Shown here: piece after piece, positions 33,139 through 42,500 of the stretch | Layout of the letters: the number at the start of each line of letters is the position of its first letter | Numbering within the stretch: position 1 is the stretch's first letter | Source: Escherichia coli | Lineage (GTDB): Bacteria; Pseudomonadota; Gammaproteobacteria; Enterobacterales; Enterobacteriaceae | DNA: 64,000 nucleotides | Direction: 5' to 3' (one strand) | Assembly (NCBI RefSeq): GCF_003991155.1 | Contig: NZ_CP031293.1 | The notes under the pieces: generated by a model | What the model saw: only the letters and a program-made list of their open reading frames with translations | Databases searched by the model: none | Told to the model about the DNA's origin: nothing | Made by a program: the position numbers and the translations under genes

Positions 33139-34836
33139 TTAGATGGAGGTACGGCGGTAGTCGCGGTATTCGGCTTGCCAGAAATTATCATCAATGGCCT
33201 GTTGCAGAGCTTCGGCGGAGGTTTTCACCGCCACGCCTTGCTGCTGCGCCATTTTGCCAACCGCAAACGCAATTGCGCGGGATACTTTCTGAATATCTTT
33301 CAGTTCCGGCAGTACCAGACCTTCGCCGTTCAGGACCAGCGGCGAATACTGAGCAAGCGTTTCACTTGCCGACATCAGCATTTCATCGGTGATACGTGAC
33401 GCGCCGGAAGCAATAACACCCAGCCCGATGCCCGGGAAAATAAAGGCGTTATTACACTGGGCGATAGGGTAGATTTTATCTTTCCATACCACTGGATTAA
33501 ATGGACTGCCAGTGGCGACCAGCGCGTTACCTTCGGTCCAGGCGATAATGTCCTGCGGTGTGGCTTCCACGCGTGACGTCGGGTTAGACAGCGGCATCAC
33601 GATCGGACGCGGACAGTGTTTGTGCATCTCACGGATGATCTCTTCCGTAAACAGCCCGGTCTGTCCTGAGACGCCAATCAGAATATCTGGTTTTACATTG
33701 CGCACCACATCCAGCAGTGACAGCACATCGCTGTCGGTATCCCAGTCGCTGAGGTTTTCGCGTTTCTGCACCAGTTTGGTCTGGAAAGGCAGCAGGTTCG
33801 GCATCTTGTCGGTCAGCAGGCCAAAGCGATCGACCATAAAGACTTTCTGCCGCGCCGCTTCCTCGCTTAATCCTTCGCGCTGGGTCTGGGCGATGATCAT
33901 TTCGGCAATCCCGCACCCCGCAGAGCCTGCGCCGAGGAAGACAATCTTTTTCTCGCTCAGTTGACCACCCGCCGCGCGGCTGGCTGCGATCAGTGTGCCG
34001 ACCGTTACCGCCGCGGTGCCCTGAATGTCATCGTTAAAAGAACAAATTTCATTGCGATAGCGGTTAAGTAACGGCATCGCATTTTTTTGTGCGAAGTCTT
34101 CAAACTGCAACAGTACGTCCGGCCAGCGTTGTTTCACAGCCTGGATAAATTCATCAACGAATTCATAGTATTCGTCGTCAGTGATACGCGGATTACGCCA
34201 GCCCATATACAGCGGATCGTTAAGCAGCTGTTGGTTGTTCGTCCCGACATCCAGCACCACCGGAAGGGTATACGCTGGGCTGATGCCGCCACATGCGGTA
34301 TAGAGTGACAGTTTACCGATCGGAATGCCCATCCCGCCGATGCCCTGGTCACCAAGCCCCAGAATACGTTCGCCGTCAGTCACCACAATCACTTTGATAT
34401 TATGGTTTGGTACGTTTTGCAGAATATCGTCCATATTGTGGCGGTTCTGGTAAGAGATAAACACACCGCGTGAACGGCGGTAGATCTCAGAAAAACGCTC
34501 ACAGGCTGCGCCGACGGTTGGGGTGTAAATGACTGGCATCATCTCATCAAGATGATTGTTTACCAGACGGTAGAAGAGGGTTTCGTTAGTGTCCTGGATG
34601 TTACGCAGGTAGATGTGTTTGTCGATTTCGGTTTTGAATCCCTGATACTGGATCCATGCTCGTTCCGCTTGTTCTTCGATGGTTTCGACCACTTCCGGCA
34701 GTAACCCCAGCAGGTTGAAGTTACGGCGTTCTTCCATGCTGAAGGCGCTGCCTTTATTCAACAACGGAAATTCCAGCAATACAGGGCCAGCGTAAGGGAT
34801 ATAAAGCGAACGCTGTTTTTTTGTTTTTGGTTCCAT
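33139..34836 (-). CDS. maeA: NAD-dependent malic enzyme
   Basis: Track ORF trimmed to ATG 34834-34836 ([18 protein letters not shown]..., 565 aa). Confidence 0.9.
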   Translation of the reverse strand: MEPKTKKQRSLYIPYAGPVLLEFPLLNKGSAFSMEERRNFNLLGLLPEVVETIEEQAERAWIQYQGFKTEIDKHIYLRNIQDTNETLFYRLVNNHLDEMMPVIYTPTVGAACERFSEIYRRSRGVFISYQNRHNMDDILQNVPNHNIKVIVVTDGERILGLGDQGIGGMGIPIGKLSLYTACGGISPAYTLPVVLDVGTNNQQLLNDPLYMGWRNPRITDDEYYEFVDEFIQAVKQRWPDVLLQFEDFAQKNAMPLLNRYRNEICSFNDDIQGTAAVTVGTLIAASRAAGGQLSEKKIVFLGAGSAGCGIAEMIIAQTQREGLSEEAARQKVFMVDRFGLLTDKMPNLLPFQTKLVQKRENLSDWDTDSDVLSLLDVVRNVKPDILIGVSGQTGLFTEEIIREMHKHCPRPIVMPLSNPTSRVEATPQDIIAWTEGNALVATGSPFNPVVWKDKIYPIAQCNNAFIFPGIGLGVIASGASRITDEMLMSASETLAQYSPLVLNGEGLVLPELKDIQKVSRAIAFAVGKMAQQQGVAVKTSAEALQQAIDDNFWQAEYRDYRRTSI

Positions 34837-34992
34837 GTCACTCACTCTTTTTTGAATATCCATCCCTGGCACGCTTTTATCGTCTTTGCTTTACCGCCAG
34901 GGCGTCGGCCCCAAGTATAAAGCAGATAAAAACAAAAACACCATTGCGCAGGCAATGGTGTTTAATCGTCATTGAGGACTGATTGTTAAAGA

Positions 34993-35130
34993 TTACTTTT
35001 CAGCGGGGCGTTTTCTGCCGGTTGGGTTATTTACCACGCTGGATTTGTCACCTTCGGTAACTATTTTGCGCTGGTTAGAAATTTTATGGTCCAGTCCAAG
35101 AATATGACGTGCCTGACGGTTCGATTTCAT
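34993..35130 (-). CDS. sra: stationary-phase ribosome-associated protein (45 aa)
   Basis: Not in ORF track (<60 aa). ATG 35128-35130 to TAA 34993-34995 encodes [45 protein letters not shown]; RBS GGAG upstream. Confidence 0.8.
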
Positions 35131-35231
35131 TTTAACTCCTCAATCCTGTTGCTAGTTTTAAGGACAACATCGCCGTAGCGAAGAAACACGTGCTAAACCC
35201 CTAAATTAGGTTGCCGATCAAGCATAGCACC

Positions 35232-35447
35232 TTAAAGCGTAGGGTGCTGGCCACTGACCACATAATTGATCGTTTGCTGGTAGATATCACTGAGGATGTC
35301 GTTATCAGAAGCTTCCACCCATTTGGTCAGCTCCATGAGAATGTCATCTTCAGTGACAACACCGTGCTCTGCCCGAAGGCCTTGCTCAATGGCATTAACC
35401 AGAGCGGGTTCTGCTGTTGAATTTTCTGCCTGATAATAAGTAAACAT
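35232..35447 (-). CDS. bdm: biofilm-dependent modulation protein
   Basis: Track ORF trimmed to ATG 35445-35447 (MFTYYQAENSTAEPALV..., 71 aa). Confidence 0.8.
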   Translation of the reverse strand: MFTYYQAENSTAEPALVNAIEQGLRAEHGVVTEDDILMELTKWVEASDNDILSDIYQQTINYVVSGQHPTL

Positions 35448-35791
35448 AGTGATTCTCCGTGTCTGTGTATTTATGGTGTCTGCTACGGATCGCAGATTTA
35501 TAAAGCACATTCAGCATGGCAAATATTTGCCGCTTCGTTGTTAAGATTAGTCCTGGTTGATAATTTTTATATTTTAACCCCATGATATTGATAGGTATTA
35601 TTATTGTGGTGAGTTGAATGATATTGATGCAATATCTCTTGATATATATATTCCCGGTAATCTATTGTGGGAATTTAATTTAAGTGCAGAAGTAATATTT
35701 TCGCCGGATTTTATTCGGAATAACCTGCTTATCCTCGTGCGGTTTCTCACGTAGTCTATAATTTCCTTTTTAAGCCCACAGGAGAGCAACA

Positions 35792-36223
35792 ATGACAATC
35801 CATAAGAAAGGTCAGGCACACTGGGAAGGCGATATCAAACGCGGGAAGGGAACTGTATCCACCGAGAGCGGCGTGCTGAACCAACAGCCGTATGGATTTA
35901 ACACGCGTTTTGAAGGCGAAAAAGGAACCAACCCTGAAGAACTGATTGGCGCAGCGCATGCCGCATGTTTCTCAATGGCGCTTTCATTAATGCTGGGGGA
36001 AGCGGGATTCACGCCAACATCGATTGATACCACCGCCGATGTGTCGCTGGATAAAGTGGATGCCGGTTTTGCGATTACTAAAATCGCACTGAAGAGCGAA
36101 GTTGCGGTGCCGGGTATTGATGCCTCTACTTTTGACGGCATTATCCAGAAAGCAAAAGCAGGATGCCCGGTTTCTCAGGTACTGAAAGCTGAAATTACGC
36201 TTGATTACCAGTTGAAATCATAA
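35792..36223 (+). CDS. osmC: osmotically inducible peroxiredoxin
   Basis: 143 aa OsmC/Ohr-fold protein; divergent from bdm with a ~340-bp AT-rich promoter region. Confidence 0.9.
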   Translation: MTIHKKGQAHWEGDIKRGKGTVSTESGVLNQQPYGFNTRFEGEKGTNPEELIGAAHAACFSMALSLMLGEAGFTPTSIDTTADVSLDKVDAGFAITKIALKSEVAVPGIDASTFDGIIQKAKAGCPVSQVLKAEITLDYQLKS

Positions 36224-36228
36224 AGCGT

Positions 36229-36278
36229 TGCCGTATGACGCGTCAGGCGCGTGATTGCCTGATGCGTTGTTAGCGTCT
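36229..36278. repeat. REP-like palindromic sequence between osmC and ddpF
   Basis: GACGCGTCAGGCGCG...TTGCCTGATGCG resembles REP units; imperfect. Confidence 0.35.
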
Positions 36279-37205
36279 CTACAGCGCCCGCCAGCACCGG
36301 ATCTCACGTCCGTCCTCCCTTATTGTTAATGATTGCCGGACTTCACACCCGTGGGTTGCCAGAGGGCAACGTTCGCGGAAAAAACAGCCTTGTGGCAACG
36401 TGCGGTTTCCTGGTAGATCCGTTTTACGTAATGCCCATTCTTCCTCCAGCGGTTTATCAATGGCGGGGAGGGAATCCAGCAATAATCGGGTGTAGGGATG
36501 TGCCGGAGCTGTCAGCACCTGTTGCGCGTCTCCTAATTCCATAATCTGTCCGAGATACATCACCGCCACCCGATCGCTCATATGACGTATCACCGAGACA
36601 TTGTGTGAAATCAGCACATAAGTCAGCTCGCGATTTTCCTGTAGCGTTACCAGTAAATTGAGGATCTGCGCCTGCACGGAGATATCCAGCGCCGAGGTTG
36701 GTTCATCAAGCACAATCACGTCAGGCTGCGAAGAGAGTGCTCTGGCAATGGCGATACGTTGCCGCTGCCCGCCGGAGAACGCATGAGGCAAGCGGTCGAG
36801 ATACTCCGGACGAATACCCACCTGCACAGCCAGCTCCTCTGCCAACGCTCGCCGCTGTTGTTCACTACTACGCTTAGCAATCCAGAGCGGTTCCGTGATG
36901 ATGCGCCACACCGGTAAGCGCGGATTAAGCGAAGAGAGCGGGTCCTGAAACACCATCTGCATAATGCGTTGTGATCCTGAACGGATGTACTGCCCGTGGC
37001 TCGGTTGCAGCATACCCATTAAAAGCTGTGCGAGGGTGCTTTTGCCGCAACCTGACTCACCGACGATCCCTAAGGTTTCACCACGACGGATCTGTAAATC
37101 AATACCATTGATGGCATGAACATGTTCCGTAGTTTTACCAAGCCAGTTTTTTCGGGCCGGGAAATTGATATGGACGTCGCGTAACGTTAATAACGTGTCA
37201 GACAC
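36279..37205 (-). CDS. ddpF: D,D-dipeptide ABC transporter ATP-binding protein
   Basis: GTG start at 37203-37205 (xSDTLLTLRDV...) preceded by AGGAGG; Walker A GESGCGKST; 8-nt overlap with ddpD stop. Confidence 0.85.
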   Translation of the reverse strand: MSDTLLTLRDVHINFPARKNWLGKTTEHVHAINGIDLQIRRGETLGIVGESGCGKSTLAQLLMGMLQPSHGQYIRSGSQRIMQMVFQDPLSSLNPRLPVWRIITEPLWIAKRSSEQQRRALAEELAVQVGIRPEYLDRLPHAFSGGQRQRIAIARALSSQPDVIVLDEPTSALDISVQAQILNLLVTLQENRELTYVLISHNVSVIRHMSDRVAVMYLGQIMELGDAQQVLTAPAHPYTRLLLDSLPAIDKPLEEEWALRKTDLPGNRTLPQGCFFRERCPLATHGCEVRQSLTIREDGREIRCWRAL

Positions 37206-38184
37206 TAATGACCTCCTGCTGAGGATACCAACAGGCGCAGCGGTGGTTGTTGTCACCACACGCTGTTAGCGCCGGGACGTTTTCACACTGCGCACCTGCC
37301 GCATAGCAACGATCGCGAAAAGCGCAGCCGTCAGGCAAATGGGTGAGGTTTGGTACCGTCCCTGGAATGGCGGGTAATGGCTGGCGCGGTATTCCATGTT
37401 CCGGTGCGCATTGCAGCAAACCAATGGTATACGGATGCCGGGGATGATGGATAACGTCTGCCGTCACGCCGCTTTCAATCACGCTTCCGGCATACATCAC
37501 GTAAACGCTATCGCACAGTTGCGACACCACGGCCATATCATGGCTGATGAACAGTACCGCAGTTCCACTGGCGCGGGCTTTATGTTTAAGCAGACGCAGT
37601 ACCTGCAACTGTACCGTGACGTCCAGCGCCGTAGTCGGTTCGTCGGCAATAATCAATTGCGGCTCGCAGGAGAATGCCAGCGCAATCATTACCCGCTGGC
37701 GCATACCACCTGAAAGCTCAAACGGATAGCGCGACATAACTTCCACGGCATCCGGGATTTGCATCTCTTCCAGCAGGGCAATCGCTTTAGCTCTGGCTTC
37801 CCGACGACTTATTGGTTGATGATGGCGGATCACGTCCATCATCTGAAGACCTATTCGACGTGTCGGATTGAGGGCGGTCATCGGTTCCTGAAAGATCATC
37901 GCCACTCGTGCGCCGCGCCACTGACGAAGCTGCTTTTCCCGAGCGTTAAGAACATCTTCTCCCAGCAGTGAAATATGTCCCCGATGTACGCAATAACTGC
38001 CCGTCGGTAGCAGACGCATAATCAACATTGCAGTGACTGATTTACCCGAGCCGGATTCTCCCACCAGACCGACAATTTCACCGCGGTTGATTTTCAATGA
38101 CACATTGTTGAGCGCGTGAACGTCGCCGTTAAAACCGGGGAAACTCAAATGCAGTTGTTGAATGTCCAGAACGGGTTGGGTCAT
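37198..38184 (-). CDS. ddpD: D,D-dipeptide ABC transporter ATP-binding protein
   Basis: 328 aa, Walker A GESGSGKS, ABC signature LSGGMRQR. Confidence 0.85.
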   Translation of the reverse strand: MTQPVLDIQQLHLSFPGFNGDVHALNNVSLKINRGEIVGLVGESGSGKSVTAMLIMRLLPTGSYCVHRGHISLLGEDVLNAREKQLRQWRGARVAMIFQEPMTALNPTRRIGLQMMDVIRHHQPISRREARAKAIALLEEMQIPDAVEVMSRYPFELSGGMRQRVMIALAFSCEPQLIIADEPTTALDVTVQLQVLRLLKHKARASGTAVLFISHDMAVVSQLCDSVYVMYAGSVIESGVTADVIHHPRHPYTIGLLQCAPEHGIPRQPLPAIPGTVPNLTHLPDGCAFRDRCYAAGAQCENVPALTACGDNNHRCACWYPQQEVISV

Positions 38185-39077
38185 GACTGCTTTCCTCCTG
38201 CTTTCGGGTCAAGCAGATCGCGAATACCATCGCCAAAGAGATTAAACCCGACGGCGGTAAGCAAAATCGCTGCCCCCGGAAATGCGCAATACCACCATTG
38301 ATCGAGCACATAGTTGCGACCATTCGCCACCATCGCCCCCCATTCAGCACTCGGTTGTTGAGCACCAAGGCCAATAAATCCCAACGTGGCGGCCATTAAA
38401 ATCGCGCTACCGATATCCAGCGATGCCTGCACAATCAGCGGCGGCAGGGAGTTACGTAAAATATGCCAGTTGATCAGATGCCAACGCGACGCACCAAAGG
38501 TTTTCGCCGCCTGAACGAAAGTGTACTGGCGGACAACTAATGTTTGCCCCCGCGCCAGGCGCACATAAAACGGGATTCGCACGATAGCAATCGCCAGCAT
38601 GGCGTTAAACAAACTCGGCCCGAGAGCGGCTGCCAGTGCCATTGTCAGCACCAGCGAAGGAATCGACAGCATAATGTCCATGATGCGCATGATGATCGCG
38701 TCTGCGCGTCCGCCAAGCACACCGGATAGACACCCGAGTAGCGACCCCATCATACCTGCAATGGCGACCACCACTAATCCGGCGAGAATTGATTGCTGAC
38801 TGCCGACCAGTACGCGGCTAAACAGATCGCGTCCCACTTCATCGGTGCCAAACCAGTGCGCTGCAGAAGGCGGCAAAAGGCGGGCGGTTAAATCAATGGC
38901 GTTGGGATCATGCGTCGCCAGCCACGGTGAAAAAATCATCATCAATAGCATTAATACAATGATGACTGCGCCGGTCACGGTGAGCGGGCTGCCTTTCAGC
39001 ATCCATACCAGTTTTGCACCGTTAAATCGCGTTTGTTTTTGTGGGCGTACGGCGGACGTTTCCTCGCTTAGCATCAT
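38181..39077 (-). CDS. ddpC: D,D-dipeptide ABC transporter permease
   Basis: 298-aa multi-TM permease; 4-bp overlaps with both neighbours. Confidence 0.85.
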   Translation of the reverse strand: MMLSEETSAVRPQKQTRFNGAKLVWMLKGSPLTVTGAVIIVLMLLMMIFSPWLATHDPNAIDLTARLLPPSAAHWFGTDEVGRDLFSRVLVGSQQSILAGLVVVAIAGMMGSLLGCLSGVLGGRADAIIMRIMDIMLSIPSLVLTMALAAALGPSLFNAMLAIAIVRIPFYVRLARGQTLVVRQYTFVQAAKTFGASRWHLINWHILRNSLPPLIVQASLDIGSAILMAATLGFIGLGAQQPSAEWGAMVANGRNYVLDQWWYCAFPGAAILLTAVGFNLFGDGIRDLLDPKAGGKQS

Positions 39078-40096
39078 TCACCACCTCCACGTCCGATACG
39101 CGGATCAATCCACAAATAGAGCAAATCCACCACCAGGTTCACCAGCACATAAGCAAACGAAACCACGACGGCAAAGCCCATCACTGCCGGGAAGTCGAGC
39201 GCCTGTATTGATGTTACTACCCATGCACCCATTCCGGGCCAGGCAAAAACGGTTTCGGTGAGCACTGCGCCATACAACAAATCGCCCAGCGCCAGTCCCA
39301 ATACGGTAATCGAGGGGATCAACGCATTGGGTAGCGCATAACATAAAACGATATACCAGCCGGGCAAGCCGCTGGCCCGGGCGGTACGAATGTAATCTTC
39401 ACTCAATTGTTCCAGCATAGCTGAGCGGATCTGGCGGGCGACAATCCCCAGGTGAACGAACGCCAGCGTTAATGCCGGTAAGATAAGATGTTGCAACGCA
39501 TTGAAGAAGACCTCACCGTTGCCTTCAAGCAGCGCATCGAGCAGATAAAAGCCGGTAACGTGCGTTGGTGGATCCAGCCAGTCATCAAGCCTTCCGCCGC
39601 CGGGAAGAATTTGCAGATGACCATAAAACAGCACAATGACGCCCAGCCCAAGCCAGAACGCAGGTGTGGAGATTCCGGTAATGGCCATTATTCGCACCAG
39701 ATGATCCAGCCAGCGATTTCGCCAGACTGCAGAGAGTATGCCCAGCGGGATGCCAATCAGAAGTGCCAGCAGCAGGGCACAAAAAGCCAGTTCCAGCGTC
39801 GCCGGGAAAAATATACGCAACTCTTCCAGCACCGGACGCCCGGTACGAATGGATGTTCCCAGGTCACCCTGAAACAGGTCGCTGACGTAGCGGTAAAACT
39901 GTACATACAGTGGCTGGTCCAGTCCCAGTTGCTGGCGAATATTTTCCACGATGGCATCGCTGGCGCGGTCGCCAGCCAGCAACCGCGCCGGATCGCCGGG
40001 GATAAGATGCGAGATAATAAACGTAATTACGCAGACGCCCGCCACCACGAGCACCAGCCCCCAGCAGCGTTGGCGTAAAATGCTCCAGAAGGTCAC
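39074..40096 (-). CDS. ddpB: D,D-dipeptide ABC transporter permease
   Basis: 340-aa DppB-like permease. Confidence 0.85.
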   Translation of the reverse strand: MTFWSILRQRCWGLVLVVAGVCVITFIISHLIPGDPARLLAGDRASDAIVENIRQQLGLDQPLYVQFYRYVSDLFQGDLGTSIRTGRPVLEELRIFFPATLELAFCALLLALLIGIPLGILSAVWRNRWLDHLVRIMAITGISTPAFWLGLGVIVLFYGHLQILPGGGRLDDWLDPPTHVTGFYLLDALLEGNGEVFFNALQHLILPALTLAFVHLGIVARQIRSAMLEQLSEDYIRTARASGLPGWYIVLCYALPNALIPSITVLGLALGDLLYGAVLTETVFAWPGMGAWVVTSIQALDFPAVMGFAVVVSFAYVLVNLVVDLLYLWIDPRIGRGGGE

Positions 40097-40097
40097 G

Positions 40098-41648
40098 TTA
40101 TTTACTCATAGTATTGATATTGAAGACCTGTTCCAGCATGGGATTGAACACAAAGCCTTTCACCTCTTTGTTCATCGCCAGTTGATAGTTTTTCTGGAAC
40201 AGGTACACATAAGCAGCGTCATCAATGACGATTTTCTGTGCCTGCTGGTAGTCCCGGGTACGCTGCGTCTGGTCGGTGGTCGCTAGCGCATTGCGCAGTA
40301 ACTTATCGACCTCACTGTTTTCATAGAACGAGCGGTTACCCGGCAGACCTTTTTTGTCGGACTCAAACCAGTAATTCATAAACATATACGGGTCGGCAAA
40401 ATCCGGACTCCAGTTGCCAATCGCGATGTCGTAATCACCTTTACCCACTCTGTCGCGCATGGTGGCGTTCGCCAGCTTTTCCAGCTTCACATTGATGCCC
40501 AGCTTGTTGAGACTGGATTGTGTCGCCAGAGCAATAGGCTCCCAGTTCGGATCATTATCAGAATAGAGAAACGTCAGGCTGGTGGGTTTGCTCGTCACTT
40601 TATCCCATTCGGCTTTGGCTTTCGTTTCGTCATGGTTGTATTGCATTGCCGTCGCATCGTATCCCCACATGCCTTCCGGAATCGGGCCGCGCATTTGTTT
40701 TCCGTTACCACTCAGAATGCCGTTAACCATGCCCTGATAATCGGTAGACCAGGAGATAGCCCGCCGCAAATCCACCTGATTAAGTGGCGCTTTGCTGTTA
40801 TTCAGATACAGATAGGTGACGCGCAGTGACGGATACTCTGCCACATTGACTTTGTTTTCCTGCTTCAGTGCGTTGAGTTGATCCACCGGCAGCGCATCGG
40901 CAATGTCAATGTCGCCACGGGAGAGCTGCAGGCGACGGGAAGCACTTTCACCGATAATTTTTACCGATACCCGTTTGAAATTCGGTTTATTGCCGGGGTA
41001 ATGCGGATTTGGCACCAGAACTAATTGCTGACCTTTTTGCCAGCTTTTCAGCATAAACGGTCCGGAGCCAGCGGTATTTTGCGCGAGGAAACCACGGGCA
41101 TCATCCGCCGCATGCTCCTTTAAGACCGCCGGATTGATAATGGATGCACCGTCATTCGCCAGCGTGTAGAGGAACGGTGCGAATGGCTGGCTAAGGGTAA
41201 ACCTCACTGTATGTTCGTCGGGAGCATCAATCTTTAAATCTTTGGGAAATGCTTCTGCTGGCCCCTGGCCGATTTTTAGTAACCGCTCAAAAGAGAGTTT
41301 TACTGCTTCGGCAGTGACAGGTGTGCCATCGGCAAATTTAGCATTGTCCTTCAGGGTGAACGTCCACTCTTTTTGATCGTCAGACGCTTTCCAGCTACTT
41401 GCCAGATCGCCTTCAACGTCGGTTGAGCCTTTATCACCGTCCGTTTTGTACTGAACCAGTCGCTGATAAGACGGGTAGGTCACTGTCCAGTCGTTATTAT
41501 CAATTGTCACCGCTGGGTCGAGGGTTTGTGGGTCGGCAGCTTTACCGATCACCAGCATATCTTTCGGTACGGCGGCGTGCGCAACCGGCATTGTTGTGGC
41601 AAGGACGATCGCGAGCAATGTAGGACGAAACAAAATCGATCTCTTCAT
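40098..41648 (-). CDS. ddpA: D,D-dipeptide periplasmic binding protein
   Basis: Track ORF trimmed to ATG 41646-41648 (MKRSILFRPTLLAIVLATTMPVAHA signal peptide, 516 aa). Confidence 0.85.
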   Translation of the reverse strand: MKRSILFRPTLLAIVLATTMPVAHAAVPKDMLVIGKAADPQTLDPAVTIDNNDWTVTYPSYQRLVQYKTDGDKGSTDVEGDLASSWKASDDQKEWTFTLKDNAKFADGTPVTAEAVKLSFERLLKIGQGPAEAFPKDLKIDAPDEHTVRFTLSQPFAPFLYTLANDGASIINPAVLKEHAADDARGFLAQNTAGSGPFMLKSWQKGQQLVLVPNPHYPGNKPNFKRVSVKIIGESASRRLQLSRGDIDIADALPVDQLNALKQENKVNVAEYPSLRVTYLYLNNSKAPLNQVDLRRAISWSTDYQGMVNGILSGNGKQMRGPIPEGMWGYDATAMQYNHDETKAKAEWDKVTSKPTSLTFLYSDNDPNWEPIALATQSSLNKLGINVKLEKLANATMRDRVGKGDYDIAIGNWSPDFADPYMFMNYWFESDKKGLPGNRSFYENSEVDKLLRNALATTDQTQRTRDYQQAQKIVIDDAAYVYLFQKNYQLAMNKEVKGFVFNPMLEQVFNINTMSK

Positions 41649-41661
41649 GACAGTTTCCTGA

Positions 41662-42243
41662 TTAACTGGCGTGCTGTGTGCCAGGGGATATAAAACAGGT
41701 GAATTGATCAGCGAGTAGTGGGTAACTCGCGGCCTGGGGTAATTCGAAGTGCCACCATTCGCTCGGGATACCGACAAAGCCACCGCCAGTCATAATCGCA
41801 TTCAGCAACAGCCGATTGCGCTGAGCGGCTGGCGGGACGGAAGGGTGATAAGCATGGGAACGTTCGTGCATTTCATCGAACTCTGCACCCATATCCAGTA
41901 TGTTCCCGTGCTCATCACGAAGCGTCAGGTCGATCGCCGTGCCACGGCTGTGATTAGAACCGACCGCCACATCAACAACATATTGCGGGTCTGGGCAGGC
42001 TTGCCACAACATCGCCTGTGCTTGTTGTGGGCGATACGCATCGTAAATCACCAGTTGTAAGCCTGACAGCTGGGCGATACTGATACTTTTCGCCAGCGCG
42101 GTAATCGCATCCTTGTGTAACAGACAACGCGCTTGCTGATAAATAGCTTTACCTGTGATGTTATCAGCGCAGGCGTATTTCAGTTCGATCTCCAGATCAG
42201 GGAAGATCACGGCTAAATCAACCAGTTCGGTGGTATCCGACAT
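41662..42243 (-). CDS. ddpX: D-Ala-D-Ala dipeptidase (VanX-like)
   Basis: 193 aa with VanX-family zinc-binding residues (SEWWHFE). Confidence 0.85.
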   Translation of the reverse strand: MSDTTELVDLAVIFPDLEIELKYACADNITGKAIYQQARCLLHKDAITALAKSISIAQLSGLQLVIYDAYRPQQAQAMLWQACPDPQYVVDVAVGSNHSRGTAIDLTLRDEHGNILDMGAEFDEMHERSHAYHPSVPPAAQRNRLLLNAIMTGGGFVGIPSEWWHFELPQAASYPLLADQFTCFISPGTQHAS

Positions 42244-42461
42244 AAACGGTTCCTGTATAAGACAAAAATTGCTGCGCTTTCCGCTTATGCAGATCTCATG
42301 CCATGCCGGGATAAGCGCCAGAATGCTGGCTTAAAGTTATATTTTTTAACCTTTGATCAACATTTGTGCAGCGTAGTGCAGTTTTGGTGCAAGAGGGGAA
42401 GTTAAGGAAGGAATCTCCCGGAATCGTAGCTGAAATCACAGTATTTAAGTGACAGTGTCAC

Positions 42462-42487
42462 GTTAAAGGAAAACCCGCGAGTGCGGG
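42462..42487 (-). terminator. intrinsic terminator after dosP
   Basis: Hairpin CCCGC-GAGT-GCGGG (42474-42487), followed on the minus strand by TTTTCCTTTAA. Confidence 0.5.
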
Positions 42488-42500
42488 CGAGAGGAATTTG

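Noticed and set aside
39488-40078. 196-aa plus-strand ORF within ddpB, plus other 60-160-aa ORFs antisense to yncD, narY, narZ, gadB and pqqL
   Set aside because: Embedded antisense in strongly supported genes, with low-complexity translations.
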